The notes under the pieces are model-generated. The model had not been told where the DNA came from, ran no database searches, and saw nothing but the letters and a program-made list of their open reading frames with translations. This document shows, one piece after another, positions 1 to 10,032 of a stretch of 61,627 bases of DNA. Made by a program: the position numbers and the translations under genes. This DNA is from Lentisphaeria bacterium (GTDB taxonomy: Bacteria; Verrucomicrobiota; Lentisphaeria; Victivallales; UBA1829): assembly GCA_017455665.1 (NCBI GenBank), contig JAFSZN010000154.1, positions 1 through 61,627 on the forward strand. The letters are read 5' to 3'. How positions within the stretch are numbered: position 1 is the stretch's first letter; the number at the start of each line of letters is the position of its first letter.

Positions 1-71
1 CCGATGTGCGGCTTGTCGTTGACGTAGTAGATCGGGGTCGTTACATAAAATGTGCTGTTGCTCATGGGCAT
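1..71 (-). CDS. metG: Methionyl-tRNA synthetase, N-terminal fragment running off the window edge
   Basis: Reverse strand reads MPMSNSTFYVTTPIYYVNDKPHIG, the MetRS N-terminus leading into the HIGH motif; GAAAGGA RBS upstream. Not in the supplied ORF track. Confidence 0.93.
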   Translation of the reverse strand, partial: MPMSNSTFYVTTPIYYVNDKPHI

Positions 72-94
72 GTTCCTTTCTTACCTTTATCTAT

Positions 95-1834
95 TCACAG
101 GTAACGGTCAAGCTCGGCGCGGACGCGCTGCGCCAGGACTTCGGCGGCCTGCTCGACCGGGATCATTTCGGAGTCGCGGGACGCGCGGGTGCGGAATTCG
201 ACCATGCCGTTCGCAAGGGTCTTCGGGGAGACGATCACGCGGAACGGAACGCCGAGGAGGTCGGCGTCGCTGAACATGAATCCGGCCTTCTCGCCGCGGT
301 CGTCGTACAGGACTTCCACGCCCTTCGCCTGAAGGTCCTTGTAAAGGGCCTCGGCCTTCTCGCCGGACTCGGTGCCGTTGGGCTGGAGCGCGACGATGTG
401 GACCTGGTACGGCGCAATGGACATCGGCCAGATCGGGCCGTAGTCGTCGTGGTTGTCCTCGATCACAGACGCCATGGTGCGCCCGACGCCGATCCCGTAG
501 CAGCCCATGTACATCGGCTTGGATTTGCCGTCCTTGTCCAGATAGTTCACCTTCATCGACTTCGAATACTTCAGTCCGAGCTGGAAGATGTTGCCGATCT
601 CGATGCCATGCTTGAACACAAGCGGCTCGCCGGTCACAGGGCAGGGGTCGCCCTCGCGGACGCACGCCACATCGGCCACCAGGCCGCCCGTCATGTCGCG
701 GCCGTAGTTGAAATTCTTATAGTGGAATCCCTCCTCGTTCGCGCCGACCACCAGGTTCACGGTGCCGGCGGCGGACGGGTCGATCACGAGGCGGACTTTG
801 CCCGGGACTTCGGCAATGCCGACCGGGGAGGCGTATCCGGGCACGGCGCCGCAGGCGCGGATGAGCGCGTCGTCGGCGAACTTGATCGCATTGAGGCCGA
901 GCACGTTTTTCAGTTTGCATTCGTTGACCTCGAAATCGCCGCGGATGAGCACGAAGATCAGCTCCTTGCCGTCCTCGGTGCTGTAGAACACAGCTTTGCC
1001 GGTCTGCGCAGGCGTCATGTTCAGGAAGTTCGCGACTTATTCGATGGTCTTGGAGTGCGGTGTGGCGACCTTTTCGAGCGGGAGCTCCTCGCCAGTGCGC
1101 TCGAACTTCAGCCCAGACACAGCAACCTCGCGGTTGGCCTTGTAGCTCTTGCCGTCCGGCGACAGGAAGATGTTGTCCTCGCCGCAATCCGCCAGCAGCA
1201 TGAACTCGTGCGACACGCTGCCGCCCATCATGCCGGTGTTGGACAGGATGGACACCACGTGCTTCATGCCGACGCGGCGGAAGATGCGTTCGTAGGCGGC
1301 GTGGAGCTCCTGATAGTAGGCGTCCAGATCCTCCTGCGAGGTGTGGAAACTGTAGGCGTCCTTCATCGTGAACTCGCGGACGCGGAGCAGGCCGGCGCGC
1401 GGACGCGCCTCGTCGCGGTATTTGGTCTGGATCTGGTAGATCATCACGGGCAGCTGCTTGTAGCTGTTGATCTCCGTGCGGGCGATCTGGCAGCTGGCTT
1501 CCTCGTGCGTCATGCCCAACACCATCGCCTTGTTGTTGCGGTCCGTGAAGCGCAGCAGCTCGGCGCCGACGGACTGGTAGCGGCCGGATTCCACCCACAG
1601 ATCGGCGGGAAGCACGACCGGCATCAGGACTTCCTGGCCGCCCACGCGGTCCATTTCCTGACGGATGATGTTTTCGATCTTCGCGATGACGCGCTTGCCG
1701 ACGGGCAGCAGGGAGTAGATGCCGGCGGAAACGGGCCGGACATAGCCCCCGCGGACCAGAAATTTGTGGCTGAAGGTGGTAGCGTCCGCCGGATCCTCTT
1801 TCAGGCGGTTGCCGAACAACTGGGACATTTTCAT
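95..1834 (-). CDS. proS: Prolyl-tRNA synthetase (bacterial type with INS editing domain), interrupted by an in-frame TAA at 1037-1039
   Basis: ORFs 1037..1903 and 95..1018 are in the same frame and join as ...HSKTIE*VANFLNMTPAQTGK.... Motifs QTKYRDEARPRAGLLRVREFTMKDAYSFH, GIEIGNIFQLG, MGCYGIGVGR and the anticodon-binding domain are present. Probable start ATG 1834 (MKMSQLF). Confidence 0.93.
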
Positions 1835-1893
1835 GGAAAGTACCTCGCGGATGTGTGTATTATATTTTAAGAAAAGATTTTGCCGAAAAAAAT

Positions 1894-1922
1894 AATATAT
1901 CACGGTAGAGACTTTTTTTCAA
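1894..1922 (-). promoter_or_regulatory. Sigma70-type promoter for proS-metG
   Basis: TTGAAA-N17-TATATT with an extended -10 TG on the minus strand. Confidence 0.65.
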
Positions 1923-2037
1923 GCGGGAACATCCCCCGAAAAAAGAAAAATGCCCGTGGACCGAAGTCTGTCCGCAGTGTTATTTTCCGGAAATTCGCCC
2001 TTTTATATAAATAATGCAAAAGTTTTCTGTTTTTTGA

Positions 2038-2066
2038 TTGCATTTTTCCTGATATCATGGTATATT
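2038..2066 (+). promoter_or_regulatory. Sigma70-type promoter for lptD-lysA
   Basis: TTGCAT-N17-TATATT with TG at the extended -10; implies the lptD start lies downstream of 2057. Confidence 0.6.
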
Positions 2067-2110
2067 TCTACTTGAATTTTTATCGGCAACTCATTTTTCG
2101 GAGAAGATTG

Positions 2111-4792
2111 TTGAAAAACATCCGAACATACATCATCTGCGCTCTGACGGCTGTGTTTCTGCTGCTGAATGCGGCGGAAGCATTCGCCCAGCAGAAATAC
2201 TCTTCGAACCGGCTGGCCGGATTCGACGACCTTGTCGCCGTCAATGACCTCGATAAGCTGGCGAAACTGCCGGAAGGGTTTGACGCGGCCGCGGATTCCT
2301 ATGAATTCGTGGGCGACAATCTTGTGGCGCGCGGCAACGCCGTGATCCAGGCGCCCGGCACGGAAGTGTCCGCCGACAAGATCGTGATAAACCTTGATTC
2401 CGAGCTTTACGATTTCGAGGCCGCGGGAAACGTCAAGTTCTGCGTCCTGTCGACGGTCGTCCAGACCATGACCATGGAGGACTATCAGCTGCTTCTTCAG
2501 GACCCGCGTGCCCGCGTAACGCTGCTCCGCTACGTCATAGACGACCTCGGCGAACAGCGCGCCGAGGTGGAAATCGAGAGGGAATCGTCTGTGATCCGAG
2601 CTGAGCGCGTGGCGGGCAATCTTCTGACAGGCGTGATCCAGTTCTCGAATTTCGCGCTGAAATCCGGCCTGTTCTATTGCGTCGGCGAACGCGCGGACCG
2701 TTTCTTCGACGGCACGCTGAAGGTCCACAAGGCAAGGTTCACGACCTGCGAATATATTCAGGACGACCATGACCACTTTGCGATCGCCGCCTACGACGCC
2801 ACGATCGAGCCCAGGGAGACCGACAACAGTCTTTTCCACTATGACAATCAGCTGGGCGACCACAGCATCCTGATGAAGAATAACTTTCTGCAGATCTACG
2901 GCGTTCCCGTGTTCTGGCTGCCGGTCCTCTACAAGCCCTCCGACCTTTCGAGCTTCGGCGGCAAGATCGAATTCGGCAGCAACAGCGACTGGGGCTGGTA
3001 TATTCGGAGCGCGAAACACTTCAAGCTCACGGACGAACCGTACTGGAACATGAACCTGATGCTGGACTGGTACGAAGAGCGCGGCATCGGATACGGCCTG
3101 ACCTCCGACCTCCTGACGCCGGAATCCGCCACGGAATTCTCCTTCTACGGCATTTACGACCGGAACCGGTACGCATACTGGGACCGCGACCTGAGGGACG
3201 GAGCCCCTCATTACCTGCTGAACAATTCCCGCCTCAAGATCCCGTACTACCGCTATGAAGTCCGCACGAACAACACGACGCATATCACGAACCGTCTGGA
3301 CTTCCGGATGCAGATCGACCTCATCAGCGACTACGAGTATCTGCGGGACTTTTACGTCGACCGCTTCAACTCCGAATACGAGCCTCCGACCTATGCTTCG
3401 CTCGAGTACCAGGGCGACAGGTTCACCGCCAGCGCGTACATGACGCTCCGCATCAACGATTTCTATTCCACGGTCGACCGCCTGCCGGAACTGAGGCTGG
3501 ATTTCCAGCGGCAGGAACTCTTTGCGAACCTGTACTACCAGGGGGAAATGTCCCTCACGCCGCTCTTCATGCGCTGGCGCAGGTTCGACCGCGACATCCC
3601 GGGCGACGAGAACTGGCACATCAGGAACTACGGCACGCTCAGGTTCGACTCGCTCCACATGATTTACTATCCGATCAACCTCTGGGGCATCAACATCATC
3701 CCGAGAACGGGCATCCGCCTGACCGCGTATTCTTCCTCGTCCGAACGGGAGGTAGGGACCCGTGAACTCGGCTACATGTCGATCGCGGACGAAGCCGAGG
3801 GGATCCCGTGGGGCTACCGGGTCACGAACTACGATTCGAAAGGCGGCGCCAAATTCCGCGTGATCGGCGAGCTCGGCGTTGAGGTCAACACGAAATTCTA
3901 CCACGCCTGGCAGGACGTGAAGAGCGCATACTGGGGGCTTGACGGCCTGCGCCATGTGGTCACGCCGTACATCAACTACACCTATATCCCGCGGCCGACC
4001 GTGAACGCCGACAACCTCTACTATTTCGACGAGATCGACCGCATCACCGAGCAGCATTTCGTCCGGTTCGGCATCACAAACCGCCTGCAGACACGCCGGG
4101 ACGGGCAAATCTACGAGTGGGCTTCTCTTGAAAACTACTGGGACCTCTTCATCCATACCTCGAACGGTTTCAACCATATCGGCGACTTCGGAACGATTTT
4201 CAAGTTCAGGCCATTTGCAGGACTCACGCTTTCCGCGGAATTGCTTCTGGACGTCGGAAACAACGGCGATCACGATTACGAGGTGCGGCGCGGCGGCAGC
4301 ATAGTCGGACGGCCCGGCATCAGCGGAACGGCGATCAACCGCCTGGCGACTTCGATCGACTACAGGTTCGCGCCGGAATGGCGCATCTTCGCCAGCTACA
4401 CGTATTCCGATGCGTTCCTGCAGCGCTCCGTCTACTCCATGGGAACGCAGTTCTCCACGATCACGGCCGCCGCCATGATGGTTTCCCCGACGACACGCTC
4501 CCAGACGGTCAGCGCCGGATTGGAGTTCCCGCTGATATTCGACAAGGACCTGCACGGCTACACGCGGTGTTCCTATGACATCGACCAGAACCTGGTCACG
4601 AACGCCTGCGTCGGCCTCACGAAACGGTTCCACTGCTGGTATGTTGCCGCCGAAGCCGGCACGGGCCAGTCTTGGGATCTCCACAAAAACGGCGAGTATT
4701 CGCGGCGCTTGAAGAACTACCTTGCCCTTTCCATCGGACTTACGGCAATGCCCGGTTTCTCGTACGGACCGAAAGTCGGCATCGGAAATTAA
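2111..4792 (+). CDS. lptD: LPS-assembly outer-membrane protein LptD
   Basis: Signal peptide (…LLLNAAEAFA), N-terminal jellyroll with ARFTTC and GVPVFWLP motifs, long aromatic-rich beta-barrel, C-terminal HCW motif. Start is probably TTG 2108 or 2111. Confidence 0.85.
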   Translation: MKNIRTYIICALTAVFLLLNAAEAFAQQKYSSNRLAGFDDLVAVNDLDKLAKLPEGFDAAADSYEFVGDNLVARGNAVIQAPGTEVSADKIVINLDSELYDFEAAGNVKFCVLSTVVQTMTMEDYQLLLQDPRARVTLLRYVIDDLGEQRAEVEIERESSVIRAERVAGNLLTGVIQFSNFALKSGLFYCVGERADRFFDGTLKVHKARFTTCEYIQDDHDHFAIAAYDATIEPRETDNSLFHYDNQLGDHSILMKNNFLQIYGVPVFWLPVLYKPSDLSSFGGKIEFGSNSDWGWYIRSAKHFKLTDEPYWNMNLMLDWYEERGIGYGLTSDLLTPESATEFSFYGIYDRNRYAYWDRDLRDGAPHYLLNNSRLKIPYYRYEVRTNNTTHITNRLDFRMQIDLISDYEYLRDFYVDRFNSEYEPPTYASLEYQGDRFTASAYMTLRINDFYSTVDRLPELRLDFQRQELFANLYYQGEMSLTPLFMRWRRFDRDIPGDENWHIRNYGTLRFDSLHMIYYPINLWGINIIPRTGIRLTAYSSSSEREVGTRELGYMSIADEAEGIPWGYRVTNYDSKGGAKFRVIGELGVEVNTKFYHAWQDVKSAYWGLDGLRHVVTPYINYTYIPRPTVNADNLYYFDEIDRITEQHFVRFGITNRLQTRRDGQIYEWASLENYWDLFIHTSNGFNHIGDFGTIFKFRPFAGLTLSAELLLDVGNNGDHDYEVRRGGSIVGRPGISGTAINRLATSIDYRFAPEWRIFASYTYSDAFLQRSVYSMGTQFSTITAAAMMVSPTTRSQTVSAGLEFPLIFDKDLHGYTRCSYDIDQNLVTNACVGLTKRFHCWYVAAEAGTGQSWDLHKNGEYSRRLKNYLALSIGLTAMPGFSYGPKVGIGN

Positions 4793-4821
4793 GCACTCAT
4801 CTCCTGAAAGGTATCGGAATC

Positions 4822-6090
4822 ATGAAATTCGAACAGGACAGAATCAAAATCGGCGATATCCCGGTCGCGGAGCTCGCCGCAAAATACGGTACGCCGCTCT
4901 ACGTTTACGACGAACAGAAGATCCGCGACAATTACAGGCGCGCCGTGGCGACCTTCCGCAAATACTACCCGGATTTCCGCATGTTCTATGCGGTCAAATG
5001 CTGCAACAATCCCGCCATCGTGAACATCCTCCGGCAGGAAGGCGCGGGCGCCGACTGCGCCAGCGTGAACGAGATCCTGCTTGCAAAATCCGTGGGGCTT
5101 ACCGGCGAGAACATCATGTTCAGCGGGAACTTCCTCTCCGACGAGGACCTGCGCCAGGGCATCGAAACCGGCGCCGTGATCAACCTCGACGATGAAAGCC
5201 TGTTCCCGCGTCTCCTGAAGTTCGGCGTGCCCGAGGTCATTTCGTTCCGCGTGAACCCGGGCTACGGCAAGAGCAACGTCGGCGAATACGTGACGAACGC
5301 CGGTCCGAAGGCGAAGTTCGGCATCCACCCGGACAAGGTCACCGCCGCGTTCCGCATGGCGAAGGAGGCAGGCGTGAAGCGGTTCGGCGTGCACATGATG
5401 ACCGGCTCCTGCATCACGGACGCGGATTATTTCCCGTTCGTCACGAAGCTGCTGATGGAGATCGTGTGCAAGACCGGCAAGGAGCTCGGGATCGACTTCG
5501 AGTTCATCGACCTCGGCGGCGGGCTCGGCATCCCGTACGAACCCGGCGAAGCCTCCCTGGACCTGGAAGCCGCTGCGAAGAAGACGGCGGAGGTTTTCAA
5601 GTCGTTCGTGGAGCAGTACGGCATGAAGCCGCCGCGCCTCGAAATGGAGCCTGCGCGCTATTTCGTCGGCAACGCCGGATACGTGATCGGCCGCGTCCAC
5701 GCCGTGAAGAACTCCTACACGAAGATCGTCGGCACCGACGTCGGCATGAACGTCCTGGTCCGCCCCGCGTTCTACGGGTCCTACCACCACATCTATGTCG
5801 ATGGCAAGGAAAGCGAGCCGCGCGAGGAGATGGGGCTTTGCGGCCAGCTCTGCGAGAACACCGATTACTGGGTCAAGGAGCGCAGCTTCCCCGCGAGCCT
5901 CGGCGTGGGCGACCTCATCGTGGTGGAAAACGCCGGCGCTTACGGGTTCGGCATGAGCTACCAGTACAACGGACGCCTGCGGGCTGCCGAGGTGCTGGTG
6001 AACGGCTCGGAGGCGACAGTGATCCGCGACCGCGAAACGTTTGACGACATGGTCCGCCACACGCATGTGCCGGACCGCCTGAAAAAATAA
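4822..6090 (+). CDS. lysA: Diaminopimelate decarboxylase
   Basis: YGTPLYVYD, FYAVKC (PLP lysine), KFGI, IDLGGGLG, EPARYFV, GQLCENTD, AGAYG. Confidence 0.93.
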   Translation: MKFEQDRIKIGDIPVAELAAKYGTPLYVYDEQKIRDNYRRAVATFRKYYPDFRMFYAVKCCNNPAIVNILRQEGAGADCASVNEILLAKSVGLTGENIMFSGNFLSDEDLRQGIETGAVINLDDESLFPRLLKFGVPEVISFRVNPGYGKSNVGEYVTNAGPKAKFGIHPDKVTAAFRMAKEAGVKRFGVHMMTGSCITDADYFPFVTKLLMEIVCKTGKELGIDFEFIDLGGGLGIPYEPGEASLDLEAAAKKTAEVFKSFVEQYGMKPPRLEMEPARYFVGNAGYVIGRVHAVKNSYTKIVGTDVGMNVLVRPAFYGSYHHIYVDGKESEPREEMGLCGQLCENTDYWVKERSFPASLGVGDLIVVENAGAYGFGMSYQYNGRLRAAEVLVNGSEATVIRDRETFDDMVRHTHVPDRLKK

Positions 6091-6191
6091 CAAAAAAAAC
6101 ATGAAATCCGCTTTACTTCCTGAAAACGCGGGCTACATTATGGATAGAAAAAGACGCGGCCCGGGAACTTGAACCGTTGGAGATTGCAAAA

Positions 6192-7214
6192 ATGAAGTTC
6201 AGACTGTCAAAATTCTTTTCGAGTGATATCGGCATTGACCTGGGAACGGCGAACTGCCTTGTTTATGTGAAGGACCAGGGAGTCGTTCTGAATGAGCCGT
6301 CCGTGGTTTCCATCAGCGACGACGGAGACGTCAAGGTCGGGACCGAGGCGAAGCGCATGCTCGGGCGCTGCCCCGTGAACATCCGTGCCATCCGCCCGAT
6401 GAAAGCGGGCGTGATCGCCGACTTCGAAGTGACCGAGGAAATGCTCCGGTATTTCATCACGAAGGCAAAAGGGTTCATGAAGCCGTACCAGCGCTTCTTC
6501 CGCCCGAACGTCGTCATCGCCATTCCCTCCGGCATCACCGAGGTCGAAAGCCGCGCCGTTCAGGACAGCGCCATGCGCGCCGGAGCCGGCAAGGTCACCA
6601 CGATCCCGGAACCGATGGCGTCCGCGATCGGCGTCGGCCTTCCCGTGTCCGAGCCGACCGGGAGCATGATCGTCGACATCGGCGGCGGCACGACCGAAGT
6701 GGCAGTGCTCTCGCTCGCCGGCATCGTGGAAATGCGCAGCTGCCGTGTGGGCGGCGACGAGATGGACTCGTCCATCATCCAGCACATGAAGCGCGTCTAC
6801 AACCTTCTGATCGGCGAACGCATGGCGGAGGACATCAAGATCCGGATCGGAAGCGCCTACCAGGTGCCCGACCTTGAGGACTCCATGGAAGTGAAGGGCC
6901 GCGACCTCGTGTCCGGACTCCCGAAGAGCATCCGCGTGACCTCCCAGGAGATCCGCACCGCCCTCCAGGAGCCCATCGCCAGCATCGTCGACGCCGTGCG
7001 CTCCACGCTCGAACACTGCCCGCCCGAACTCGCCTCCGACCTCATGGACCGCGGCATCATGCTCGCGGGCGGCGGCGCCATGATCCGCGGCCTCGACCGG
7101 CTGATCTCCGAAGAGATCAACCTCCCCGTTCTCGTGGCGGACGATCCGCTGAACGCCGTTGTGAAGGGGACCGGCTGGATCCTCCAGAACCTGAACAGCA
7201 ACGTCCGGGTTTGA
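6192..7214 (+). CDS. mreB: Rod shape-determining protein MreB
   Basis: [43 protein letters not shown]. Confidence 0.97.
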   Translation: MKFRLSKFFSSDIGIDLGTANCLVYVKDQGVVLNEPSVVSISDDGDVKVGTEAKRMLGRCPVNIRAIRPMKAGVIADFEVTEEMLRYFITKAKGFMKPYQRFFRPNVVIAIPSGITEVESRAVQDSAMRAGAGKVTTIPEPMASAIGVGLPVSEPTGSMIVDIGGGTTEVAVLSLAGIVEMRSCRVGGDEMDSSIIQHMKRVYNLLIGERMAEDIKIRIGSAYQVPDLEDSMEVKGRDLVSGLPKSIRVTSQEIRTALQEPIASIVDAVRSTLEHCPPELASDLMDRGIMLAGGGAMIRGLDRLISEEINLPVLVADDPLNAVVKGTGWILQNLNSNVRV

Positions 7215-7227
7215 GCTGCAATCGAAA

Positions 7228-8295
7228 ATGGCTGAGACCGAACGCTATATCACCTCTACGCTGAACCGCCGCGACGAGGCAGTCGAAAAGACGCTCCGTC
7301 CCCAGAAATTCGAGGACTTCCCCGGCCAGGACAGCGTCAAGGAACGCCTCAAAGTCTACGTCGAGGCCGCAAAGCAGCGCAACGAACCGCTCGGGCATCT
7401 TCTGCTTTACGGCCCGCCCGGACTCGGCAAGACCACGCTCGCCTACATCATCGCCAACGAGAAAGGCGCAAGCATCAAGTCCTCCAGCGGCCCGGTCATC
7501 GAAAAGCCCGGCGATCTCGCCGGCCTGCTCACGTCCATGGAGGACGGCGGCATCCTCTTCATCGACGAGATCCACCGCCTGAATACGGCTGTGGAGGAAT
7601 ACCTCTACAGCGCCATGGAGGACTATTTCATCGACATCATGCTGGACCAGGGGGCCGGCGCACGCTCCATCCGCCTGAACCTCCCGAAATTCACGCTCAT
7701 CGGCGCCACCACGCGCCAGGGCCTCCTTTCCGCGCCGCTCCGCGCCAGGTTCAAGCTCGCGCCGAGGCTCGACTACTACGATCCGGAAAACCTTCAGAGG
7801 ATCGTCCAGCGCTCCGCGGGCATCCTGAACGTCGGCATCACCCCGGAGGCCGCGCTGGAGATCGCCCGCAGAAGCCGCGGCACCCCGCGCATCGCCAACA
7901 ACCTGCTCTCCTGGGCACGCGATTTCGCGCAGGTCAAGGGCAACGGCACGATCGACGGCGAGACCGCCCGCAAGGCGCTTTCCATGATGGAGATCGACAG
8001 CAACGGCCTCGACGAGATGGACAAGCGCATCCTCGAGACCATTATCGCGAACTTCAACGGCGGTCCGGTCGGCCTGAACTCCCTTGCCGTCGCCATCGGC
8101 GAAGACCCCGGCACCATCGAGGAAGTCTACGAACCCTACCTCATCCAGGAAGGCTACCTCATGCGTTCGCCGCAGGGACGCATCGCCACCGACAAATCCT
8201 GGTCCCTCTTCGGCCTCGCCGCGAAAAACCGGCTCACCGGACGCGGCTCCTCCGGCAGAAAAGGCGATCCCGACCAGCCCGATTTCTTCCAGTAA
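7228..8295 (+). CDS. ruvB: Holliday junction branch-migration helicase RuvB
   Basis: [48 protein letters not shown]. Confidence 0.97.
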   Translation: MAETERYITSTLNRRDEAVEKTLRPQKFEDFPGQDSVKERLKVYVEAAKQRNEPLGHLLLYGPPGLGKTTLAYIIANEKGASIKSSSGPVIEKPGDLAGLLTSMEDGGILFIDEIHRLNTAVEEYLYSAMEDYFIDIMLDQGAGARSIRLNLPKFTLIGATTRQGLLSAPLRARFKLAPRLDYYDPENLQRIVQRSAGILNVGITPEAALEIARRSRGTPRIANNLLSWARDFAQVKGNGTIDGETARKALSMMEIDSNGLDEMDKRILETIIANFNGGPVGLNSLAVAIGEDPGTIEEVYEPYLIQEGYLMRSPQGRIATDKSWSLFGLAAKNRLTGRGSSGRKGDPDQPDFFQ

Positions 8296-8336
8296 CCTCA
8301 ACTCTCTCCGATACGCGCCAACCCACGCGCACCATA

Positions 8337-9086
8337 ATGAAAACCGACCTGATCCTTCCGTTCTACAAGCCCCATGAAGGGTGGCTGGACCATCTGCTCG
8401 AATCCGTTGCCGCGCTCAAGCAGGAGCTGAACGGACGCGGGTCGGCGCTGCGCGTGATCCTGGCGAACGACGGCTCGCCGGAGTCCTGCTATCCGGACGA
8501 GGCGCTGGATGCCATCCGCGCGGGCGCCGACGAGTTCATCTTTTCCACATACGGCGTCAATCGCGGGAAGGGATATTGCCTGCGCCACGCGGTACGTCAG
8601 GCGGACGGCGACATCCAGCTCTACACCGACGGCGATTTCCCGTTCGGCTGGCAATGCGCCGTCGAGGCGTTCGAACGCCTGAATTCCGGCGCGGACGTCG
8701 TGATGGGCGTGCGCGGCGCCGACTACGGCAACGCACTTCATTCGCTCCGCAAGATCATATCCAATGGCGTGCGCCGCCTGAACAGGTTCCTGCTCGGGAT
8801 GCCGGAATGCTACCTCGATACGCAGGCGGGGATGAAAGGCTTCCGCGGCGCGGGGAAACAGGCGTTCCTGGATACCACGGTCGACTCGTTCCTGTTCGAC
8901 ACCGAGTTCATCCTGCTCGCCTGGGACCGCGGACTCCGCATCGACACCATCCCGCTCACGCTGCGCCCCGGACTCTCCTTCTCGAAAATGGGCTGGCGCG
9001 TCCTTTTCCGCGAGCTCGGGCATTTCCTCCGCATCATGCCCGCGCACTGGTTCCGCAAGAAACAGCACCGCCCGGCGCAGGACTGA
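8337..9086 (+). CDS. Glycosyltransferase family 2 (polyprenyl-phosphate sugar synthase-like)
   Basis: NDGS, NRGKG, YTDGD (DxD), DTQAGMKGF, FLFDTE. Confidence 0.85.
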   Translation: MKTDLILPFYKPHEGWLDHLLESVAALKQELNGRGSALRVILANDGSPESCYPDEALDAIRAGADEFIFSTYGVNRGKGYCLRHAVRQADGDIQLYTDGDFPFGWQCAVEAFERLNSGADVVMGVRGADYGNALHSLRKIISNGVRRLNRFLLGMPECYLDTQAGMKGFRGAGKQAFLDTTVDSFLFDTEFILLAWDRGLRIDTIPLTLRPGLSFSKMGWRVLFRELGHFLRIMPAHWFRKKQHRPAQD

Positions 9087-9089
9087 CCG

Positions 9090-9881
9090 ATGAAAAGCAT
9101 TCTGCTTTCGTTCGACATAGAAGAGTTCGACCTGCCGTCCGAGTTCGGCGTCGGAATCTCCCGCGACGACATGTTCGCCATCGCAGGCGAGGGCACGCGC
9201 CGGATTCTCAAGATCGTAAACGAAGCGGGCGCGCACGTCACGTTTTTCGTGACCGCCGCCTTCGCCCTGGAGTTCCCGGACCTCGTGCGCGAGATGAAGG
9301 ATTCCGGCAATGAGATCGCTTCCCACGGCTACTCCCACACCACGTTCGAGCCCGCCGACCTGAAGCGTTCCCGCGAGGCGCTGGAGGAGATCATCGGCGC
9401 GCCCGTCCGCGGATTCCGCATGGCGCGCCTCGCCAAGGTCGGCAAGCAGGACATCCTGGACGCCGGTTACGAATACGAATCCTCCCTGAATCCCGTCTGG
9501 CTGCCGGGCCGCTACAGCAATTTCACCGCCCCCCTGAAGCCCTTCCGGGAGGCGTGCGGCCTGTGGCAGCTGCCCGTGTCCGCCCTGCCCGTGGTCCGCT
9601 TCCCGCTCTTCTGGCTTTCGTTCAAGAACCTCCCTCTGCCGATTTACCTTCCGCTGGCAAAGACCGCCATGTCCGCCACCGGGTTCTTCAACATGTATTC
9701 GCATCCGTGGGAATATCACGAGCGCGCCGCGGAACCCCAATGGAAGATCCCGGGCTACATCGTGCGTCACGCGGGCGCATCCCAGTGCGACCGTCTGAGC
9801 TGCCTGATCGCGACCCTCGGACGTGCCGGGACGTTCGAGACGTTCGGCGCGTATCTCGGCCGCATTCGGCAGGACAGATGA
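9090..9881 (+). CDS. Polysaccharide deacetylase family protein (CE4, DUF3473-like C-terminus)
   Basis: SFDIEE, TFFV, EIASHGYSH, GFR, YSHPWE. Confidence 0.85.
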   Translation: MKSILLSFDIEEFDLPSEFGVGISRDDMFAIAGEGTRRILKIVNEAGAHVTFFVTAAFALEFPDLVREMKDSGNEIASHGYSHTTFEPADLKRSREALEEIIGAPVRGFRMARLAKVGKQDILDAGYEYESSLNPVWLPGRYSNFTAPLKPFREACGLWQLPVSALPVVRFPLFWLSFKNLPLPIYLPLAKTAMSATGFFNMYSHPWEYHERAAEPQWKIPGYIVRHAGASQCDRLSCLIATLGRAGTFETFGAYLGRIRQDR

Positions 9882-9901
9882 CCGATGATCCGAAACCGCG
9901 C

Positions 9902-9929
9902 TTGAAAACGCGCGTGATGATGATATATT
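9902..9929 (+). promoter_or_regulatory. Sigma70-type promoter for the MscS gene
   Basis: TTGAAA-N16-TATATT with TG at the extended -10. Confidence 0.6.
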
Positions 9930-10032
9930 AGAACCAGTATACGTCGGAGCCGTTGCGACGTCTTTCGCGCCGCACGGCGCATCCGCTTCCGTTGAACCGA
10001 ACATCCGGGGGCCTCCTCTTTTCTGAGCATGG

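Noticed and set aside
1037-1039. Genome-wide TAA recoding as the explanation for the proS stop
   Set aside because: TAA ends lptD, lysA and ruvB at the expected places, and no other gene is interrupted.
50-1870. Long antisense and alternate-frame ORFs (e.g. 50..1870 +, 2003..4684 -, 28487..30601 +, 34863..36557 +, 47405..48664 +)
   Set aside because: They shadow well-identified genes in high-GC DNA and contain no recognisable motifs.
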